A stretch of DNA of 64,000 bases from Anthoceros angustus (Eukaryota; Plantae; Anthocerotophyta), in the NCBI GenBank assembly GCA_010909165.1, contig MU008157.1, positions 558,001 to 622,000 of the forward strand, written 5' to 3'. The position numbers and the translations under genes were made by a program. The notes under the pieces were generated by a model that saw only the letters and a program-made list of their open reading frames with translations, was not told the origin of the DNA and searched no databases. Shown piece after piece: positions 12,977-23,980 of this stretch (its first letter is position 1; each line of letters opens with the position of its first letter).

Positions 12977-14907
12977 TCACAGACCCAATGGGATACTCCT
13001 GTCTAACACATCCGCGTCAGCAAGGGAAGCCTTCATTTGCGTCTCCACCCTCTTGCGCAAGCTCTGATGCAGCAAGCGTTCGATCACCTCTGCTCCGAAC
13101 GAGAAGATGAGAGCGCTTCTGGCTGTCAGGGCATCGATCCCCCTGGCCTGAAAGTAGAAGAGCTGTTCCGCCTCGAAGTCACTGATAGCCGCACCATGGG
13201 AGCATTTCACATCGTCGGCAATGATCTGAAGGTTTGGTTTCACATTCACAGTTGCCCTCGGGGCCAGCAGCAGACTGCGACTGAGTTGTCCGGCGTCAGT
13301 CTGCTGAGCATATCTGCAAAAAAAGACAGAAGAGCAGGAAGCAAGTGTTAAGGGGTGTCATGTGGAGATGAATGAAGGAGTGGAGAACATGAAAATGACA
13401 GGGTAAGGCCGGAGGTGTCCGGTACCTATTCACTCTCACGTTGCCGTCAAACACGCCGTGACCTGAGGATTGAGACACAATGCATTTGTGCAGCTGCCTG
13501 CTGAAGCCTCCTGGGTGGCTCAACACCAGCTTGCTGTGCAGGTCGTGCAGCTGGTCCTTTCCAGCCAACAGAAATGACGACATCTCGGTCATGGTGTCTG
13601 GTCCCAGTTGCTGGATCTGAAGGTTGTGCCTGCTGAGACGCCCGCCGAGCCCTACTTCCACATGCTTGTAACAGCTGTTCTCGGCCTGAGCAGAAGAAAA
13701 GAGAAGCAGTCCCAGTCCCTCGTCCTGTCAGAAAGGGCAAGGGCAAGGGCAAGGGCAAGGGCAAGGGCAAGAATTGTCATCCCATGTCTCATGTCATCAC
13801 CAAGCACCTTACCTGCGTGACAGAAGTTTGCTTCACATGCACGGCGCCCTTCTGCTGAGTCTGCACATAGCGGTGAACGAGATTGCCGCCTTGCTCGACA
13901 TGGATGTCACACACTGCATTGGTCCAGTACGGGGCCCCCTGTACCCCGACAAACTCCTCAACAAACTCCACCTCCGCACCCTTCCCCACGGCCACCAGTA
14001 AGCGGGGGCAGGAAAGGGAAAAGGAAAGCCCGGCATCTCCATCCCCGGCCCGGCCCCCGGTGGAAATGTAAAGCACATGGAGCACATCGAAAAGCTTTAT
14101 CTCCGGAGGCACCGCGATGAGGAACACATCCCTGGCTCCCAAGCCGTTCAAAGACGCAAACACATCCTCATCCCCGGATCCTGATCCCAGCGTGGGAAGC
14201 ACCAACTGCTCCACCAGCTCCGCCGGAGCAGCCGAGACGCTCCCGGCGTAAACGTCCTCCGGCACGTCCTCTAGGTTGGACAGTTGCTGCGAGAAGACGC
14301 CATCGACGAACACCAGCCTGGACTTGGCTGCCTCGGGGATGGCGAAGGAGGCCAGGTCCAACTCCGCCTCCACCTCTCCATCCGCATCCGTTCCCTGGAT
14401 AGGCCGGACCAGAGAGTTCTTGAGGAACCTGAGGTCCGTGAACCTGTAAGCCTCGTCCTTGCTGGACGGCCATCGCTTAGCCAGCACAAGCTCTGAGGAC
14501 CTCTCCCGGAGCCTGTCGAGAGCCACGCTGTGAGAGCCGCTCCCTTGCGCAACAGACTCCTCAAGCCTCTCCGCCAAATCCAGGAGAAACAGGTCAGGGC
14601 CAGCGGGCAGCGATGCGGCCGACGCCTCTGCTTGATCTCGCAGTGGCGCGTCCTGCAGAGCCGCTGCCGCCAGGGCTTGCTGACTGCCCCTCCTCCATCC
14701 CCTGAAGCCAAGTGCAACACGCACCGCGTCATGCCTATGCTCATCGAAAAAACGATGGGGTTACACCACTTCTCCATACTCACGACGGGGAGAAGGAGAC
14801 CGACGACTGCTGCGAGCTCAGCCTCCCGCCATGAACCCAGAATGCAAGCTTCCTAGGCCGCTGTAGCACTGACGCTCCAGCTGCGCACTCCAGCTGCGCG
14901 CAGGCCA
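12977..14907 (-). CDS. SUFD: Plastid Fe-S cluster assembly protein SufD (ABCI7/NAP6), multi-exon
   Basis: Transit-peptide-like exon from ATG 14907 (MACAQLECAAG...), then WPSSKDEAYRFTDL, HDLHSKLVLSHPGGFSRQLHKCIV, GVFDGNV and NVKPNLQIIADDVKCSHGAAISD...LFYFQARGID. Confidence 0.95.
13733..13771. repeat. (AAGGGC)n microsatellite in a SufD intron
   Basis: Six perfect AAGGGC units plus AAG. Confidence 0.9.
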
Positions 14908-15030
14908 TGCCTCCCGCCGATACCGATGCTCAAGTCTCCTCAGCGGCATACCATGTGAAGTTTATTGCTTACTCGTTTAGTGCCATTCCAACTCGAGTGG
15001 CAAAGTGGGAAATTAAAAACATGTCATCAT

Positions 15031-15078
15031 TTCCTCTCGCATCCTAAGAGAACGCTGTACCATCTAAGCTACTTCACC
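15031..15078 (-). pseudogene. Decayed, 3'-truncated tRNA-Ala copy
   Basis: GGTGAAGTAGCTTAGATGGTACAGCGTTCTCTTAGGATGCGAGAGGAA matches the first 48 nt of the adjacent tRNA-Ala at 40/48 positions. No T arm or B box. Confidence 0.75.
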
Positions 15079-15199
15079 TCGACGACATAGCCAGGCAGAA
15101 GCTTCAAGGTTCCTAGGCCGCAAGGCAAAATGAGGCAAACAACATAGCCGGGCCTGAACCATGGCAATGCGAAGGGAGTCAACGATCTTTCGCCGTGAT

Positions 15200-15272
15200 T
15201 GGAGATGCGGGGTATCGATCCCCGTACCTCTCGCATGCTAAGCGAGCGCTCTACCATCTGAGCTACATCCCC
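15200..15272 (-). tRNA. trnA-AGC: tRNA-Ala (anticodon AGC)
   Basis: GGGGATGTAGCTCAGATGGTAGAGCGCTCGCTTAGCATGCGAGAGGTACGGGGATCGATACCCCGCATCTCCA: 73-nt cloverleaf, anticodon loop TT-AGC-AT, GATCGA T loop typical of eukaryotic tRNA-Ala. Confidence 0.97.
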
Positions 15273-15865
15273 GTGCGTGCAATCAAATGTAAGATTTTTG
15301 CTAAGATTCAATACAGTACCAGGTCCACATAAAATCCGCACCGGTCCAGCTATCTAGTGTTCATACTAGAGACACCCGCAGGTTAGAAAGGCATATGCAC
15401 ACAAAGATAGGCCCACCTACATATGTTCGAAGGCAGGCCAGCCATCCTCTGGCTGGTTCCGATGATGAGCATTAGTTCAAGCTCTTGGCCTGGCTTGCAC
15501 AGTGCTGCTTCGATATAATGTTGCTTCGACGGAGGCCACAAGAGCGTGTTAGGCTGTGATCTGTCACCGGGGCTGCCCTCACAAGAAGAAATCTCCTTCG
15601 CCCCCGCCCCAAGACCAAATCTCCTAGTTCTCCATGGAGGGGAAGCAAACTTTCACTTTGGGCGGAAACCACACATTCGAGTCGCAAACAAGCCCTACTC
15701 CTAACAATCATACCGGTTACGTTGGATCCAAGTTACCTCATGGAAAGAAATCAATGAACAATGAATTTGGAAACAAGATTGACCAGATGCAATGTAAGAA
15801 GCCCAGGACATAGGTATGTAGCCCATTCCCTAGTAGGCCGTCACCGGCATGTGGAGAAGCTGCTA

Positions 15866-16846
15866 CTACACTTTGCCGTACGCTTGACAGCTCCAGTGGG
15901 AGCTCGGCACGCATGTCAAGTAGTGACACCAACTACACTTGTCGTTCCCATCAACCCGTCGGAAGAGCAGAATCAAACCAACTGAATAGCCCGCGATCAG
16001 AAGGGTGGCGGCCGCTACCCACAGCACGTACTGGTAGGGCTTGTACTTGGAAACGGCGACTCTGTCTCTGGGAGGCATGTGCTGCAACTTCACCCACCCA
16101 AAATGAGGCTTCATCAGCAGCACAAAGCCGAGGAGGAAGCCTGCAAGGAAGCCTCCAATGTGAGCGAAGTTGTCCACATAGGGCATCAGCCCGATCGCCA
16201 GGTTGACACCCAGGGTGATGAGCAGGGAGAAGATAGCGGCGCAACGGCTGCTGTAAATGGACCAGTTGGTGATGAGCTCCGAAAGCAGGGATCCCAGCAC
16301 CCCGAAAACAGCGCCTGACGCCCCCACGCCGACCATGTAACGATTGAAGAGCAACGAGAGCACGCTCCCGCCCAATCCCGACAGCACGTAGATGATCCCC
16401 ACTCGGATGAACCCGAACTCCTTCTCCCACCCGTGCCCGATGACGACCAGGCCCACCATATTCGCCAGCACATGGAAGAGCCCGGCATGCAGCCAGTTGC
16501 TGGAGAAGAGTCGCCACCACTGGTGCCTCTCCACGACACGATTCCAAGACAGGCCTCCCATCTTGAGCAGCGTCTCGCCTGTCGGTCCAAGAAGAGGATT
16601 GGTGTTCCACGTCTGAAACGAGAACCTGTGCAGCCATGTGGGCATACACTGCCCCGGCGTGTTCTTGGGGCAGTTGTTCCTGTACATAGTCACCAGAAAC
16701 ACTACAATATTGGCCACCACGATGGTCGGGATTAGCCAAGCCCGCCAGGTCTGCCTCGCCCTGGGCACCGCCGGCACAACCTCCCCCATCTCTGCGTCCG
16801 GGGGAGAGTAGGGATACACTCCCCCTCGCTTGTTCTTGTTAGACAT
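15866..16846 (-). CDS. RBL: Rhomboid-like intramembrane serine protease (RBL1/2-type), single coding exon
   Basis: 326-aa ORF with WWRLFSSNWLHAGLFH, catalytic GASG and AHIGG, NPLLGP, and the plant C-terminal CSWCHYLTCVP. Confidence 0.93.
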   Translation of the reverse strand: MSNKNKRGGVYPYSPPDAEMGEVVPAVPRARQTWRAWLIPTIVVANIVVFLVTMYRNNCPKNTPGQCMPTWLHRFSFQTWNTNPLLGPTGETLLKMGGLSWNRVVERHQWWRLFSSNWLHAGLFHVLANMVGLVVIGHGWEKEFGFIRVGIIYVLSGLGGSVLSLLFNRYMVGVGASGAVFGVLGSLLSELITNWSIYSSRCAAIFSLLITLGVNLAIGLMPYVDNFAHIGGFLAGFLLGFVLLMKPHFGWVKLQHMPPRDRVAVSKYKPYQYVLWVAAATLLIAGYSVGLILLFRRVDGNDKCSWCHYLTCVPSSHWSCQAYGKV

Positions 16847-17209
16847 CCCGATCTGCCGATTCTCCAGCTCCTGCTTCTCGCTGCACCGCCTCCACCACGC
16901 GCACAGCCAAGACTCTCCCCGCTCCCAACCGCAAACACTCCAATCTCAGCCCCGCCAATCCCCTGCCCGTGCTCCTCCCAGAGCTGCTGCTGCTGCCAGC
17001 CACCCGAAGAAAAGCACTTCTGACAACACCAGCACGTTACACGCTCCAACCGAGGAGCAGCTACAAGCACACGACTGCGCTGTTCATTCCCTAAACCAGG
17101 TTACTGCATGTAGTAACATATGCCTGTCGCAGTTACCAAAACTAGGCCCACACTTCCATTTCAAGCGTCCCACCGGAGATGAAGATGAACAACACGAAAC
17201 GTTTTCTTC

Positions 17210-17608
17210 GGCGTGCTTGACCGTCAATGTTCCTCGGATAGACCTGAACTTCCTTCATCGGCATGCTTGACCGTCTAAGTTCCTCGGATAGACCTGTACT
17301 TCTTCTACCGCAGCCATGCTTGGCCGAACAAGCGCTTTCTTCAACGCTTTCGTCAGCTGCCATGCGTAGCCGTGAATTGACCTCGGCCTCCATGCTCTAC
17401 CGAGCATCAAGATACTTGCTTCAGCTGCCATGCTTCTGTGTATTTCTTCGGACCTCCTTGTCCCTAACTATTCTCCTCGGCCGCCAAGCCTGCCAATCGG
17501 CTGCCATGCTTAGCCGTGACCTTCTCCGGCTACCAAGCTTCCCCGTGAACTTCTCCGGCTGCCATGCTTAGCCGTGACCTTCTCCGGCTGCCATGCTTGG
17601 CCGTGAAC
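17210..17608. repeat. Degenerate minisatellite region (two ~50-bp units, four 29-bp units)
   Basis: TCCTCGGATAGACCTG at 17231 and 17281. GGCT(G/A)CCA(T/A)GCTT...CCGTGA(C/A)CTTCTCC-type units at 17499, 17528, 17557 and 17586. Confidence 0.8.
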
Positions 17609-17702
17609 AAGGAACCGCATGGAAAACCTCCGTAGTGGCCCGGGGACAAACAAAACACAAACACGCAGAACGCGATGCAAAACCTGCCACGCGTCCAATC
17701 CA

Positions 17703-18146
17703 TCACTGCTCCATATCCTCCTCTACATCTTCAGGCTCCTGCTCCGCGGCATCTCCTCCGCCGTCCTCTTCCACATCCACATCCGATGCCGGAGCCGGGG
17801 GTAGGGTTCGCTTCACAGTGGCAAGAAACGTCTCAACCTGGTCGCCAGAGAGCCTCTCGTCGCAGTCCTCGATGAGAAGGTGCACCTCCACCTCGCTGCT
17901 TGGCCTGCAATTCAAAACCTGCAGCTTCTCCGCCGCGGTGAGCTGCATCGGAGCCGCGGCCGCCAGGAAGCTCTCCACGGCACCCCGGTTCTGCGTGGCC
18001 GCGGGAGTCTGCATCAGGTAACCGTACACCTGGAGCTCCGATGTGTGCAGCGAGCTGAGCGGTCCCTTGTCTGCTCCCCGGCATCGCAGCAAGTCCAGCA
18101 CCTCGAAATTAGACAGCAATCCGGCGCGCGCATCCTGCACCTTCAT
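17703..18146 (-). CDS. RPC9: RNA polymerase III subunit RPC9 (C17/CRCP-like), single coding exon
   Basis: MKVQDARAGLLSNFEVLDLL, VYGYL and LTAAEKLQVLNCRPSSEVEVHLLIEDCDERL (RPB4/HRDC-like family signature), acidic tail. Confidence 0.88.
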   Translation of the reverse strand: MKVQDARAGLLSNFEVLDLLRCRGADKGPLSSLHTSELQVYGYLMQTPAATQNRGAVESFLAAAAPMQLTAAEKLQVLNCRPSSEVEVHLLIEDCDERLSGDQVETFLATVKRTLPPAPASDVDVEEDGGGDAAEQEPEDVEEDMEQ

Positions 18147-18458
18147 CGCGCCAGGCATCCGCAGTCCGCAGCTGGATGCGGCGCCGAAGAACAAACTGGC
18201 ACAAAGCACTGTGGTGAGGACGAGGGCGACTGGCTGCAGCCCGTTTCGGCGGTTAAGGAAGAAACCCTTTCATAGTAGGCTACAGATCTTTACTTATTCA
18301 GATGCTCGGTGAGTTTACGAAACCCTAAAATGGCAGCGAGGAGTACTACTGTCTATATATGCCGGCGCTGTGGCTTAGCTCCTTCTATGACGAGCAGTAC
18401 CTGCATACGTCCCTGAGCTCTACGATCGGCGCCTGCTTCCTTCCCGGAGGTCGGCAAC

Positions 18459-19823
18459 ATGGCAGTCGGGAAGAACAAGCGGATCTCCAAGGGCAAGAAG
18501 GGAGGCAAGAAAAAAATGTGAGTGTGTTGTTGGTCTGTCTGCTTCCGACACGCAGCTGCTGCTGCTTCGGCCGGTGCGGGATTTAGGTCGTGATGGAAGC
18601 TTCATGCCTTAGGCGCTGTGAGCATGGTGTCCTGGCGTGAGGGTTTGTGTTGGTTGGTGCAGTGGGATTTTAGCGGCAGGAGCTGACTGGTTTTGTTGGC
18701 AGTGTTGATCCCTTCTCGAAGAAGGACTGGTATGATATCAAGGCGCCCTCTACCTTCACGCAGAGGGCGGTCGGGAAGACGCTCGTGACACGGACGCAGG
18801 GAACTAAGGTCAGTGGGGCAAGCCTTGGTTTGTGTGGTGGATTGGAGGGAAGGTTTGGGAGCGGGGTCTCACGGGAGAGGTGCTGGCTTTTGCAGATTGC
18901 TTCCGATGGGTTGAAGGGGAGGGTTTTCGAGGTGTCGCTTGCCGACCTCCAAAACGATGAGGATCAGGCGTTCAGGAAGATTAAGCTCCGTGCTGAGGAC
19001 GTGCAGGGGAAGAACGTGCTGACCAACTTCTGGGTGAGGAAATTGGATTTTGTGGCTTGCGGAGTGGTGTAGGTTAGGTTGGTGAATTTCCAGATAAGGC
19101 AGGGGGTGATGCTGTGAGTGCTGTGCAGGGGATGGACTTCACCACGGATAAGTTGAGGTCCCTTGTTCGGAAGTGGCAAAGTTTGATCGAGGCTCATGTT
19201 GATGTGAAGACCACGGACAACTACACCTTGAGGATATTCTGCATTGGTTTCACGAAGAAGAGGCCCAACCAGATCAAGAGGACTTGTTATGCCCAGACTG
19301 GTCAGATTCGGCAGGTAGGCTTCCACATGCCAGGAATGTATGCTCGCCGCACGCTGTCATTCGACCATTTCTGTACTACTCAACAGCAAGTGGGTGACGA
19401 ATTTGAACGGTGACATGCAATGATATGCAGATTCGCAAGAAGATGCGGGAGATTATGGTGCGGGAAGCTCAGTCTTGCGATCTGAAGGATCTCGTGGCGA
19501 AGTTCATCCCCGAAGTGATCGGGAAGGAGATCGAGAAGGTGACTGCAGGCATCTATCCGCTGCAGAACACCTTCGTCCGCAAAGTGAAGATCCTGAAGGC
19601 TCCCAAGTTTGACCTTGGCAAGCTGATGGAGGTACGGCTGCTTCCAACTCAATAGTGACTTTTCACATAACGGGCTTTCTGGGTTTTTCGTGATCCTCAC
19701 CTTTCTCTCCTTCCTCAGGTACACGGTGACTACAGCGAGGAAGTGGGCACCAAGATTGAAAGGCCTGTCGGAGACGAGGCTGAGACAGAGGCAGAGCCTG
19801 CGGCGGAAGTAGTGGGTGCTTAG
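18459..19823 (+). CDS. RPS3A: 40S ribosomal protein S3a (eS1), six exons
   Basis: Exons 18459-18517, 18703-18808, 18896-19033, 19129-19314, 19431-19631 and 19719-19823, all with GT-AG introns. [35 protein letters not shown]...[32 protein letters not shown]...VVGA*. Confidence 0.98.
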
Positions 19824-19903
19824 AATGGGCTTACCATCAAATTTTGTGGTCTCTCCTTTGCAAGGACTGATAGCAGTTGCCTTGCGTGCGGGCTTATTTA
19901 GCC

Positions 19904-19942
19904 CGAGGCTGAGACAGGCAGAGCCTCCGGAAGTAGTGGGTG
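19904..19942 (+). repeat. Degenerate partial copy of the RPS3a last exon
   Basis: CGAGGCTGAGACAGGCAGAGCCTCCGGAAGTAGTGGGTG matches 19775-19818 with short deletions. Confidence 0.8.
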
Positions 19943-20420
19943 GTGAACCCCAGAAGGCCTTACCTACTCAAAATGAGTGAACGTCAGGCAGGAAAATTTT
20001 GTACTCAATTCTGAAGCTCCCCTTTGAGCAAATGTTCCGGCCTTCTCTACCAGGTGCACAACTTGAATGCATTCCCACGAACACCTCGAAAGGATTCCTT
20101 AGATCTCCGTTGTCACAACGGGGCCTCCGCCCTCCTCCGTCCGGCACGGTGCGGGTAGTGTGGTTACTCTGACATATAGTGAATAACTGAGAGGCCGGAT
20201 TCATTTTCGTAGCCTACCTGAAACAATATGTATGGGATGTGTAGACTCCAACTTTGTCCGGATTCGAGATATCACATAGGGTGTCATGACATGAAATTCC
20301 TCGATGTCGTTATGTGCATGTCATGGCATAGACTGACAAGACGCTGTGTATAGCTATGACGGCATGATGGATCATACCAGGGGTGCATGGTATGTGTATG
20401 TGCATGTGACCGGTATATAT

Positions 20421-20901
20421 CATGTGGTATGTGGCATGTGGCATGTGGCATGTGGCATGTGGCATGTGGCATGTGGCATGTGGCATGTGGCATGTGGCAT
20501 GTGGCATGTGGCATGTGGCATGTGGCATGTGGCATGTGGCATGGCATGTGGCATGTGGCATGGCATGTGGCATGGCATATGGCATGTGGCATGTGGCATG
20601 TGGCATGTGGCATGTGGCATGGCATGTGGCATGTGGCATGTGGCATGTGGCATGGCATGCATGTGGCATGTGGCATGTATGGCATGTGGCATGTGGCATG
20701 TGGCATGTGGCATGTGGCATGTGGCATGTGGCATGTGGCATGGCATGTGGCATGTGGCATGTGGCATGTGGCATGTGGCATGTGGCATGTGGCATGTGGC
20801 ATGTGCATGTGGCATGGCATGTGGCATGTGGCATGTGGCATGTGGCATGTGGCATGTGGCATGTGGCATGTGGCATGTGGCATGTGGCATGTGGCATGTG
20901 G
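20421..20901. repeat. (CATGTGG)n heptamer satellite with occasional CATGG variants, ~480 bp
   Basis: Near-perfect 7-bp periodicity read directly from the sequence. Confidence 0.98.
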
Positions 20902-21804
20902 ATGGACATTGACATAAGGATTTGTCCATAGATATTAGTTTTAAAATATTAGGAATAATGTAAAAGGGACAAAGAATATTTTCTTGTCGATGATAAAGAA
21001 AAATATACTTGTCCCACATCTTGTCCTCTTTCCTTCCATCTTGTTGGTTGCCGCAGGCATCCCAAGTGGCTTGGATCGCTTTTCACTGTTCGTAAGATTA
21101 GGATTTTGCCTAGTTCTTTTGCTTTGGTAGTAAGTCGATACGTCTATTTTGCAAGCTTGTTAAATACTTGTTTAAATGATAAGCCTATTCTAAAGGCTTA
21201 CCCGAACCGTGAGGCTCAGTGCTTCATAGACTCTAACATGAGCCATGACCTAATGTGGCCATGGATAGCTATGCTGCCTTACGGTGCATGCACCAAATGA
21301 AAGTTTGAGTACAAATGACTTGAATAGAGACTCCCTCCTTCACGGAGTTTAGGAAATGTGAAAGAAATCACTTGTGTTGGGCTGTAAGCAAGATGTGGAG
21401 GACTGTGACAATAAGGTGGCAAGTGATAGTGACTTTAAAGAGAAGTCAAAGAATGAGCTTCACAATGCTATGTTCGCTAAAGTACAGTCGTAGTATGGGA
21501 AGTACTTGGTCTCGCTTTCTAAAATAGATGCCAACATAGCAACTTTTTTCACGAAAAAAACAAATCAAATTAGGAAAGGTTGGTACAGAAGCCTTCCGTT
21601 TCGAACGGTAGCGGTATCAGCAAAAACCGAAGATCCTACCTATTTATCGAGTTTAGGACAATTCGTCGGTGAGAGTACAGGAACTGGACAGCTCAACGCC
21701 AGCCACTAGTGTACCATGATTATCAACGCCATGACCCTCACCATCCTCGTCCTCTCGGTGAGACAGCTATGTAAAGGCCTCCAATGGATGAGGCAAACGT
21801 TACT

Positions 21805-22110
21805 CTAGCCTGCCAACTAGGATCGGAACTATGGTGAAGACAATGTCGAGGTCAATCATCTGTTGAATCTGCTTCAGGGTTTCCTTACCCAGGAGGCCAG
21901 GAACATCTCACATCAGCAAGTCCGAATTTGCTATGGAGATGAGCATCGGAGCCTGTGCGATTTTCATGTTAGTGAAGAGCTGGAGAGCAATACGAGCCGC
22001 GACTAGAAGACACCGTGTGGATTCTGGGACACACCCAACGGCCAAAGTGTACTCCATGAAGGTCCTATTCCACCACAGATTGGGCAATTGAAGCAACTTG
22101 AAACCTGTGA
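21805..22110 (+). pseudogene. Possible remnant of a plant leucine-rich-repeat gene
   Basis: EGPIPPQIGQLKQLET at ~22058-22107 followed by GTGAG, plus weaker LPTRIG and NLLQGFL pieces upstream. No continuous frame. Confidence 0.35.
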
Positions 22111-22757
22111 GTACTTCTCCCATCTTTGAAAGGAGCTACAAAGAACAACCAACGACAATACAAAACCTACGTTTTGCAGTAAGGATCTATGAGGCTAAGA
22201 CCACCCTCATGTTTGGCTAAATTAACTATGCCTAGACTACCCTGTTCCAATTTAGTAGTAGTTTCTTAAGGTGTAGAAATGGGCAAGACGTAAACCAAAA
22301 TAGTTCCTCCTATGAAGTTAAAAATCCCATTATTTATTCTTCTTGCATATAACTTCTTATAATCGTGTGATGCAAGGTTGTTAAGGTTTGTTCAAAAAGA
22401 TCGATATTTGCCTTTATAGAGCTGCAAAAAACCTCATGTTACATGACTCTGGAGGCATTGGACTCGAAAGATGATGTAAATACAAGCTATACTTCAAAAC
22501 CCGATATGTGGAGTGTAGAAGTCGTTGTGTATGAAGTTTTAACCGGAAATCATCCTCATATAGTTTATGAGTTCGATAGTTTTCAATTCTTGTCGGATAT
22601 TGGGCCACTCATCTAGGTCTAATTGAGATAGCCATCCTCTTTTTTTGGTACAACTCCAAGTTCTAAACCATTCTTATTTCTGCTCGCTATCTTATGTATA
22701 TATTATAATAATTTTATTACATAAAAATATATTTATATTATATTTTTAATAGAAGAA

Positions 22758-23980
22758 TGTGAAGACTTTATAAATATGCAGAGATGGGAAGTCTCATCTA
22801 CATTGAGGCGATGCATAACAACCCTCTAGAGGGCCCTAGACCAAGGGGGACTAGGCCCCTCGAACGTCTACTATGAAGGTACCTACCGCTCCTAAGATGT
22901 CATAGTATGGAATAAGCAAGGCCCTACTAACCACGCATTCCCCGCATGAAGCTGAAGATGAAGATGCTAAATTCCCCGCATTCAAAGCTGTCTTGAAAAT
23001 TGCCTTCGCTAACGCTCTTTGCAGAGCAATGGATACTCGTTGCTGGAAGAAAGCCACCACACTGGAAAGATGGAGCCCTACCCCGTTCTTGCGGATGTAG
23101 TATGCTTTAGCACAAGCCTTGATAAATCTCGAGAAGTCCTTGCCCATGGCCCCGTGAGTCTAAATAGCAAGGGGAATGAAAGCATGGCCTTCCTGCATGG
23201 GGTGTACTTGTGAACCTTGGTTGTAGTGCATCCCTCTGCCCCCAACTTAGAGGGTTGATGGGAAGAAATAGGTCAGCCCCGAGAGAAACGCCGTTAGACA
23301 AACTATATGGGCGCTCCATGAAAGAAAAGAATCTGCTCTCCCTAGCAATGGAGAACATGATGTCTCGGACTGCGTCATATGTTACATTGTGCTGCCCAAC
23401 TATTGAACAGCGAGCTAAGTGATAATGATAGTGATTTTAACCTTATCCAGAATTTCATTAAACAATTGTTCAATGTCACTTTCTTGTGAAAAAGTCTTCA
23501 AGCCACGCACGCGGCCGTCATGAAATTGACAATGAACTGAGATTACAGTATATGGCTATGTATTTAGCTAATGACTACTTATTTGGTCACTGTCATGGCA
23601 TAGCATAATAACATGGTGCCAATCTCTTACTATATACTCAGCAAATTTTAAATACTAAATTGCATATCAGAAGATGGGTTAGTAAACCCTAATTTTGCTT
23701 ATCCAGATACATGTGGAGGACTATGACAATTGGGTGGTACCTGATAATAGATTGTCAAGATCTTTCTACAGTCGTCATAGAAAACTGTGAAATGTAGATT
23801 GTTTGAAAGCCCATTCTAAGGCGTGTGTACTCACAGCAGGAAAGACGTACATGGGGTTGCTGTTAGTCAGGATTTTGCTGGCCAATGTGAAGCAGCGAAA
23901 CAATGCGAACACCAAGGTAGAGCCAAGCAAAGATTTGCCTAGCTTAGAAAATGATGTGTCTGGGCCGATATCTGGTGGTT
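22758..23980 (-). mobile_element. 3' fragment of a CRE-like non-LTR retrotransposon (zinc knuckle plus restriction-like endonuclease), copy 1
   Basis: RAWL..., LARCSIVGQHNVTYDAVRDIMFSIARES, and GKDFSRFIKACAKAYY...FFQQRVSIALQRALAKAI, followed by a 3' tail. Confidence 0.75.

Noticed and set aside
14940-15030. Possible C/D snoRNA (ATGATGA...CTGA) after the decayed tRNA copy
   Set aside because: No terminal stem, a T5 run follows the C box by a few nucleotides, no recognisable rRNA antisense element, and it overlaps the SufD upstream region.
15951-16739. Alternative long ORFs overlapping real genes (also 11657-12331 and 14271-14783)
   Set aside because: Shadow frames of GC-rich coding sequence with no recognisable motifs.
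15200-18146. Functional link between tRNA-Ala and the nearby Pol III subunit gene
   Set aside because: Proximity alone in a eukaryotic genome is not evidence of co-regulation.
20284-21019. His/Cys/Met-rich ORFs (MPHATCH..., MWHVACG...)
   Set aside because: These are translations of the 7-bp satellite, which stays open in several frames. No evidence of a gene.
21100-21500. Further CRE-like remnant (ATGTGGAGGACTGTGACAAT resembles ~23710)
   Set aside because: Only about 25 bp of similarity, too little to call without an alignment.
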